DNA of 59,777 nucleotides, the filler included, from Sphacelaria rigidula (Eukaryota): NCBI GenBank assembly GCA_964200075.2. It is 8 parts of 8 records of this genome, joined end to end, with 100 filler letters (N's around TTAATTAATTAA, not from the genome) between each part and the next. Parts side by side here need not be neighbours in the genome. Positions count along the whole stretch, not along the records: positions 44,910 to 52,293 come from CAXNAA020015165.1; positions 52,394 to 59,777 come from CAXNAA020015166.1; 6 more parts are not named here. One strand, given 5' to 3'. The notes beneath the pieces were generated by a model, which saw only the letters and a program-made list of their open reading frames with translations, was not told the DNA's origin and ran no database searches. Position 1 is the first letter of the stretch, and the number at the start of each line of letters is the position of its first letter. Position numbers and translations under genes: made by a program. Shown here piece by piece: positions 52,008-59,777 of the stretch.

Positions 52008-52070
52008 GTGTACTCATTTGTTGCGTGCCTTAGTCGTTTGACCATTGACCCCGTACTTTCGAGACGAAGC
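52008..52070. repeat. 66-bp-family element, diverged
   Basis: Flanked by gtgggagggggg / gtggggaggggg. Confidence 0.85.
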
Positions 52071-55000
52071 GTGGGGAGGGGGAGGGGGGGCATACGATCA
52101 TCGTGTCCCCGCTGATACGTGGATGTAGAAAAGGAAATGAGTGCAGACGCAACTAAAACACAAAAGGTCAGGTCAAGTGATAAGCATTAAACGGGGAAAA
52201 CCAATAAAAAGTAGAAGAAATAGACGTAAAAATAGAACTTGATGATTGAACAGCCGATTTTCGAAAATGGGGTTGAAAAAAAAACGAGATTCANNNNNNN
52301 NNNNNNNNNNNNNNNNNNNNNNNNNNNNNNNNNNNNNTTAATTAATTAANNNNNNNNNNNNNNNNNNNNNNNNNNNNNNNNNNNNNNNNNNNNTGTGGGG
52401 AAAAGGGGGGGGGGGGGGGGGTGCCCTCCTTTTCGCTTGTGCCATGGTTCTCCACCCTTGGCCCCCGGGGGGGGGGGGGGGGGGGGGGGGGGTATTGAGC
52501 ACGGTTTTGGACGTACTGTAGCAAAACTTATTGCACGCTCCCAGTTATTCTGTTCCTGGGTTAATCTTAGTTATTTTTTTTCTTGCGGGATTGCGGTGAG
52601 TTGATACGTTTTTTTTTTTCATCCGTCGCGACATGTGCGGTGCAGATGTGTGCTTTTGGCTTTCTCCCTGTGTCCTTGTTGCGTGTGTGTCGTTATGTGA
52701 CGTGATGGACGTCGGGCGGTGATGCAAAGTTGAGCAGATCAAACTCTCTTTGTTACTCACATTTTTTTGTTTAACATCCATTCCTTTGCATTCTGTGTTT
52801 CGTGATCTTTGTGTGTCACAGAGGAGAGCAAGGATATATGTATTAATAGATACATCTACGATGTCACATCGTTTACACACGCACAAGGTAAAACGGTAGA
52901 GCCTCGTTCTTGATGGCATATGATGAGAAAGAGATGAACACACAGGCCAATCGATCAAAAGGCTACGTACACATGTCCCAAAAAGTGCGGTCGGAGTAGA
53001 TGAGCCGCGACCTTTTCCCCCGGCCTTTTGTTTTCCACGACTGGGTATGATGGTGGTTCCGCGCACGATCTTTTCCACCGAAGCTACGTGGCAGATTCCG
53101 TTTTTTTTTTTTTCTCCTTGTTTTTTCCCCCAGTAGTCTGCTCTGTTGTTCTGTTTCATCTTTCCTGTTTCTTCTTCAGCGACGGTTTCAATTTCGCTGT
53201 GTCTCGGGTACGTCTATCATGTGTGGATAATGACTACAGCTGTATCACTTGTGGGTCAGTTGAAGTGCAACAATCAAACAAATACACAAACAAGCAAACG
53301 TGAGGGGCTAAACTCGTCCGGGTGTAGCCTCGGTATGCTCTGGCGAAGGTTGGACAAGCTATCCGCTGTAAGGTCACCCTCCAATTCTCCTGCGGTCACT
53401 CCGGTGAAACGCGCCTTAGAGCACGCTGCGTGTCGACCCGTTGCAACGTGCACGCGGGCGAAGCATCGGTGAGCGTGCTGTTCAAGCCTGAAGCCCAGAG
53501 GTGGTCAAGGCTCGCGCGCCCGAGCTCCACCGTATGATGCTGTCAAGGGGTTAACAAGCCATGATCCGGGGCTTTCCAGAAATCCGCAGACCAGAGCAAA
53601 GAAGGTTATTCGACTTTATTCTCCCTTCATTTCGACCGTGAACAAGTATTGAGGAATATGGCTCACTTACACATTCCACGAGTTCTCTGCGGAAGACCTT
53701 TGAGGTCTTGGCGTGTGTGTAGCAGTGCATCGCCATGTTATTTTGGTTACTGAGCGGATGATGACTTTTGTTGAATGTATGCCCACCCCTTCGTTTTTCT
53801 GGTGGCATGGCTTCGACGATATTGAAAACAGAGTAGAAGGCACCTGTGGTTGTAATTGCTGGCAGGAAAGTTAAGCGCGGCGTGATTTTTTTTTTTCCCA
53901 CTCTAGGTACATGTACATGTATCATGTCACATTTTTCACCACTTTTGCCGAGTCTTCTCTGGCGACAACGCATTTTTTCCCGCGCTTTCTGTTGCAACGC
54001 ACGGAGGAGGCGCAACGGTACATTGCCATTCAAGTTTGGGTGTCATCTGATACCTGTGGCGCGTGTTCTGGCCACCGAAAGTCGCTCAAACTGGCTATTT
54101 TTCGCGGGATGTCGATCCCGAACCACAAAAGCCTGTTCAAGATAATGGAAAACTTGAAACAGGAATCCGAACCACAAGGACCTGTTGAAAATCATGGAAG
54201 ATCTCAAACAGGATTACTTTTGGCGGGGTGTTTTTTTCCCCGTCCCCCCCCCCCCCCCCCCGTGTTTCTCTTTGTCGCGTTCTCGTCCATTTGGGAGCAC
54301 GAACACACCGGTTATGCCGTCAATGTCACGAGAACACGAGAGCAGGGCAGTTGAAAACAATTGTACATTGCCGTGGCCTTAGTCACCAGCCAACACAAGA
54401 CCGTGCAACAGGCCGTTGGCGAGTTGAACAAGGCACAGCAGCACGGCAGCACAGGGATGTTCTGCCGCAAAAAATAGTCACTCTGTTTTAAAGGAAGGCC
54501 CGGTGATGTGGAATCCACAGTGATGTACAAAGAACATGCCAAGGATGTTCCACGGATAACATTTTTTCGGGAAGTGTCTCCCGCTGTCATGTCTTTGTGG
54601 CACGAGAGCTACTTCGCACTCTGGCACCTCGGGTATACCACACATATCCAACGTCGGCGGTTCCGCTGTCGGCCTCCGTTCGAATTCCCATATTTCCGGA
54701 CGATATCCGATAAGACATGCAATGTTTTGTACAGCCACGATCACTACTGTACATTGAGGTACGACAACCTCTCTCAACGATATATTTTCGACTTGCATCA
54801 CCCCCAGGAGGGGCCCGTACCAACCTCCCGAAGGGGAACCTTGTGCTACATTTTTTTTAATAACGTTATTTTCGCACATTAGCACGATCTCTTGAGCCCG
54901 TGCTCACAGACGTAAACTCGTCTTCCCAATCCCGTCCCTGCTATCCCTTAAAAAAGATACGAGCTGGGCCAGCCGTAAAACATACAAACGCGTGCCAAAC

Positions 55001-55434
55001 AACATCTATTCAACTTTCCCAAATCAGCCCGACTTGAGCATATCGCTGGAGACTGCAGATCAAGCTGGTAACGCACGGCTCCGCCGCCGATCGATTGGCG
55101 CAGTGTTTGCGATGACGTTGTTGAACTGCATCGAGTACCGCGTGCATCTCATATCGTGGTGTGAGAGCATGCTCTGAGTTTTTTTAATTAAACGCGGCGG
55201 AATCACGTATGGCAGCTTCAACACGCACAGTCAAGAGTGCACTAGGAGTGCTGCGAGATGGCATCAAGCCCGCCAGCAGCTTCATCATGGGACAGGATCT
55301 CCTAGCGACTTGTCACATATAACGAACACAAGCACAAGTATCCAAGTGGGACCAGGCTGCAACGCTTTTCCTTAATCAAATACCCGATTGTGATCGTCTA
55401 TTCTTATAGTTGGGAAACAAAATCTGCCCGATTA

Positions 55435-55516
55435 TCGAGAAAAAATGGTCGTGTCGGGATTGGAACTCGTGACCTGCGTAATTGGAGGCTCGGGTATCAG
55501 CTGGACCACGGGGGCG
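55435..55516 (-). mobile_element. Degenerate tRNA-like SINE head
   Basis: Minus strand GTGGTCCAGCTG (A-box-like) and GAGTTCCAATCCC (B-box-like), followed by a T-run. Confidence 0.45.
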
Positions 55517-55992
55517 CGGCGGTGTCACACAAAAAGCGCCACGCTCGGCCTAATTTGAAGATTTTTCAGCCGAAAGTCTACCAGGATTTCCCGCACGGAA
55601 GCATGTACAATATGTCCGGAGACGCCATCGTTGTTTCTTTTTTCACGGAGTCATGACATTTTCCAGTTTTCGCTGAAATTGCAATCGCTCCAACTTTTTT
55701 TTTCTTGGCATCCCGAAAAATGTTGCGCGTGTTGATTCTCAAAATGTTGTGTCAAAATTTCAGCGCGTAATTCCTCAAATTGAGCAATGCCTGACCTGAA
55801 AATATCAAAACATCACTGCCAGCTGGCCCGGCTCATATAGTTCTCATCGTTTCTTATGAGACTCCAGACCATAACCAAACCGAAACAAGCAAAATAAACC
55901 CAAATAAAGTCAAGGAGAAAGCCGCCGAGAAAACAGGAGAGAAATAGGTTCCCCCGAGTTCATCGGGGTTTGGCAAAAGCAAGGGCAATATA

Positions 55993-56940
55993 GAGAAAAG
56001 GGTACACCCTTGTGCTTTTGGGACAATAAAAGGTGGTGCATTTTTCGGTTTGGGGCGCGGTGCTGCACGCGGGCTGAGCACCTCAAAAACACATTCCAGC
56101 GCCTCAGCCCCACGCCCGAGGTGTCTAGGCAGCACGTTCGACCATTTTTTTTTGCATATTTCACACGTGGTCCTAGGCTTCACTACGGCACAGACAATGA
56201 GAGTCTGTGAGAGTACCCGTTTTGTAAACAAACCAGGAGGGTACACCCTGCGCTCTGCTAAAATAATTAATGTCACCCTTTTCTGTTGACGTGTTACACC
56301 ATTTTTTTTCAGCTTTTTTTTTGTGTGAAGTGGTGACCGTACTGCCGACCCCGCCGAAGATTCGCCGAATAGTCACAACCGTAACCATTTCTTGGTCAAG
56401 TTACACCCCATCAAAAAGGCCGAAACTCAACGACCAACGGATCGTAGCCCCCTGCTGGTTAACCCGCAGACTCGGAAGATCCGACGATGCAGACGGGGCG
56501 CGAACGCTTGTGTGCCGGGGCTCACAAACACCCAACGATCATGCGTGAAAAGTCTTGCCCGCAAACACACGCCCAAAAGGCAACATCTGACGACACCACG
56601 CCGAACGCCAGCCGGTCATGGGATCCACAGTTGGCGGATCGGGGACGAAGATCGCCGACCCGATTCCGGATTGAGGGAAGAACACGTTCGAATCCGATCA
56701 CGTAGGCTGTACAAATGCGTGTCCTCCTCCGACCCACCCAGACAACGACATTCCGGTGCTGTAGACACAACCCACCTGGTTTGTTTACAAAAAATGGTCG
56801 GACGTGCTGCCTAGACACCTCGGGGGTGGGGCGCTGGAATGTGTCTCTGAGGTGCTCAGCCCGCGTGCAGCACCACACCCGAAACCGAAAAATGCATTAC
56901 CTTTTATTGTTCCAAAAGCACAAGGGTGTACCCTTTTTTG
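55993..56940. mobile_element. 948-bp long-TIR element with TA flanks (Tc1/mariner-like)
   Basis: ~170-bp inverted arms (aaaagggtacacccttgtgctttt...); TA at 55991-55992 and 56941-56942. Confidence 0.8.
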
Positions 56941-57149
56941 TATTTTACCTTGAAAACAACCCTTCAGATATGCTATGGAGTATACAGAAGAAGGGAAATG
57001 AAAGAAGACAAGCGGGATGAGATTGGCCACCAGGCGAGGGTCAGCTCAACAACCCCAGGCACCTTCACAGACAAATACCAAAGCTGTTCGGAGGATGGCA
57101 GAGGCGCTAGCGAGTGTACTGCGCAACGGTCCAATGATTACGTTTCCGA

Positions 57150-59640
57150 GGTCCTCAATAGGCACTGGGGTAGCTCTAGCGGTAGCCCAGCAAACAATTC
57201 CTCAGCATGGGGTGCTTTGGTCCAGGGTGTCGCGTCTTAGCTCCTTCCTCTACGATTCGGTACCATTCGGAGACATGTCGGGAAACCTGCGTCCACGATG
57301 TCGCGTTTATTCCGAAGTTGGAGCAATTTCCTGTGACACAGTGTTCGTCTTGCCGGTCGGCTTGCCTTCCTCGTCCCTCCGACCATCACTCGGTGCATGT
57401 TGTTGGGAAGGCGTTCATCGTGCATGCGCACGACGTGGCCGGCGTGTAGGAGGATACCCCTCATCACGGTAGCCTTGATGCACTGGCAGCCAGTTTTCTG
57501 GAGGACCTCGTGGTATGGCAGCATGTGGTGGTCGAGGGCGCTGAGGCTTGACGCATGCGTGTTGAGGTACCTCAGCAGGGGTTCTCTTTGGGCCTCCCTT
57601 AACGCGTCGAAATTGTCGTGTGCGATCGTCCAGGTCACGCGGCCGTGTAGCATCACCTCGACCACTTCAGCCTCCAGGAGTTGAACCTTGGTGGCCAGGG
57701 TGATGTACGGGTTGCCGTATGCCGCTCTGCTGTACTTGTAGAAGCACGTCTAGGCCTGGCCAAAGCGGCTGTGGATCTCAGGAGTGACATCGCCGATGCT
57801 GCTTTTCTTCTACCGAGATAGACGAAAGACTCGACTTGCTTGTACTTTTGGTCCGCCGCCTCCACTTTCATGTTCGAGCAGCTCGTGTGCATGGTGACCA
57901 TCTTCTATTCCGCCACGACGAGACCGAATGCCGCACATACTTCATCTTGGCCACGCTTGAGATCGCGAGGCGATGTCAGCATCGTCGGCGTATAGTATGG
58001 CCCAAAGCACGTTACTGAGTTCGTCTCTGATCTTCCCGCCCCTTTCAGCGATGCGGATGAAGTCCTGCGCCGCCGCTTTATTGATCGAGAAGCGATCGAA
58101 CGTCACCGCCAGCACCGCCGCGAACACGACGTGAAACAATTGGGGGAAAAGCACACGGCCCTGGCGCAGGCCCTGGGTAACGTTAACCCACTCAGACGTA
58201 TCGCCGCTGTCGAGGCGTACGCATGCCCGGATGCCGTCGTGGAACTAGCGGATGATAGAAATCATCTTGGCGGCGATACACCGTGGCATGTTCGCACCTT
58301 ACAGAGAAGAGTGTGCGATCTACCGAATCGTCTGCCTTTTGGAGGTCCATGAAGCACATGTACAGTGGGATATTCTTCTCTCTGGCTAGCTCTTGGGAGT
58401 CTGGGCACAACGTGAATGTCGACTGTCGACCGGCCGGGTCGGCCGCAGTGAGCATCTGGGAGTATTTCCTTCCACTTGCAGTAGGCGCTGAGGCGATTCG
58501 CAACTATCTTGAGAACGACCTTGCCCGCGTGGGACCCTAGCGGAACACCGCGGTAGTTGTCGCGTTCGTGTGGGCCCTGTTTCTTGAAAAGCATTTTGAT
58601 GATGGTGTCTTTCCATTCCTGCGGAACTACTTCCTGACGCCACACGGTGAGCACGATGTTGTGGAGGTATTTCAGGATGGCAAAGTCCTCGGTGCGGCCG
58701 AGCTCCAACAGGTCGCCACAGACGTTGTCCGTCCCAACGGCACCAGCTTACCCAATGCTTCCTTCACTTCTTCCATCGAGGGCTCGGCCGGGAGCGGTGC
58801 GGGCTCTGGCATCTGCTCGATGAGATCGATGATAGAATGGTCCATCGTAGGCGATGTTGCGTTCAGAAGCGTTTCAAACCACTCCTTCCACCGTTGCAGG
58901 AGGGTTTGCTTGTCCCGCAACAACTCGCCATTCGCGCTCCTAATGTAGGTCGAGTCGCACCCCTCCTTCCCTTCCAGTTCCAAGGACTTGATGTGTTGGT
59001 ACAGCCCTGCTTGGTCCTTCTTGCGAACAAACTCTGCTGTCTATCCTGTGAACTCGTGAACGAAGTTCTGCAGCTCGGCATCCTCCACGCGTTTGAACGC
59101 CTGGTCCGTCATCTTCAGCGCCTTTTTCAGGTTAGGGTCGTTGGGGTTGACGCGTAATTTCTCCCATACACGGTCCCGGAGAGTCTACGCCTTTCCGAGG
59201 CGATCCTGAGCCTGCAGCGACTCCCTGAATCCTCTGGATGGCTAATTTTCCGGGTATCTGGAGAGTGTATCCGCCGCCGTCTGTTGCAGGGCGTTGGCAA
59301 AGGTGGATGACATGTCGTCGATGTTCAGGACTATGGTGGACTTGGTGGCATTCGGGAGCTTGGAAGCAGTTGTCCGCAATTCAGTCGTTCTCCAACATCG
59401 GTCGGATGCGAGGGCTTTTGCCGTTGAGGCGCACTCCGCTTACCCCGTCTCCCAGGTTTGGTCGGCGGTTGGGTGCGCTTTGTCCGAGGAGACGAATATA
59501 ACGCCGATGCTCTCGTGAGTTGACGTCGTGAGTTATACTTGGATGATTTCTCGCTACCCTCAGTGCGGGTCCCACTTGAGTGCGGTATGACAGGGAGCAC
59601 AAAAGTGGACCAAGCCTCGAACCTTGAGAGATTCAAAGTG
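57150..59640 (-). mobile_element. Decayed non-LTR retrotransposon (RTE-like LINE) reverse transcriptase ORF
   Basis: Frameshifted segments QRWKEWFETLLN, VPQEWKDTII..NYRGV, CGRPGRSTVD, CFMDLQKA.DSVDR, LYADD, VESFVYLG, GHVVRM.DERLP. Confidence 0.93.
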
Positions 59641-59777
59641 TCCTCACGAGAATTGCACGTGTTTCAAAGGCTGTTTTTTTTTCGGGGGGGGGAGGGGGGG
59701 GGGGAGGTTGTTTTCTTGACCGGTATAATGGAAAGCATGGATGTTAAGAACAAGAATAAAAAATATCGTCGTAAATA

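Overview
Eukaryotic, intron-rich, repeat-rich DNA, most consistent with a brown alga/stramenopile (inference from gene families, GT-AG intron density and an RTE-type LINE). The window is not one locus. It is eight unlinked contigs of 7385/7384 bp (1-7385, 7486-14870, 14971-22355, 22456-29840, 29941-37325, 37426-44809, 44910-52293, 52394-59777) joined by artificial 100-bp N44-TTAATTAATTAA-N44 linkers, apparently sorted by length. Spliced gene fragments supported by phase-consistent exons: the 3' eight exons of TDP1 (both HxK catalytic motifs), two exons of a tyrosinase/di-copper-like protein, two exons of a coilin-like Tudor domain, and five exons of an FG-GAP/stramenopile-repeat surface protein. 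The rest is mobile DNA: a decayed RTE-like LINE, tRNA-headed SINEs (one carrying an internal ~79-bp satellite built from its own T-arm), piggyBac-, Sola-, hAT/MULE-, Tc1- and PIF-like MITEs (several nested), and a 444-bp foldback family with 4-bp TSDs. The most unusual item is a ~66-bp structured element found six times, always in G/C tracts. No CRISPR array or prokaryotic system is supported. All family assignments come from motif recognition by eye; no database search was run.
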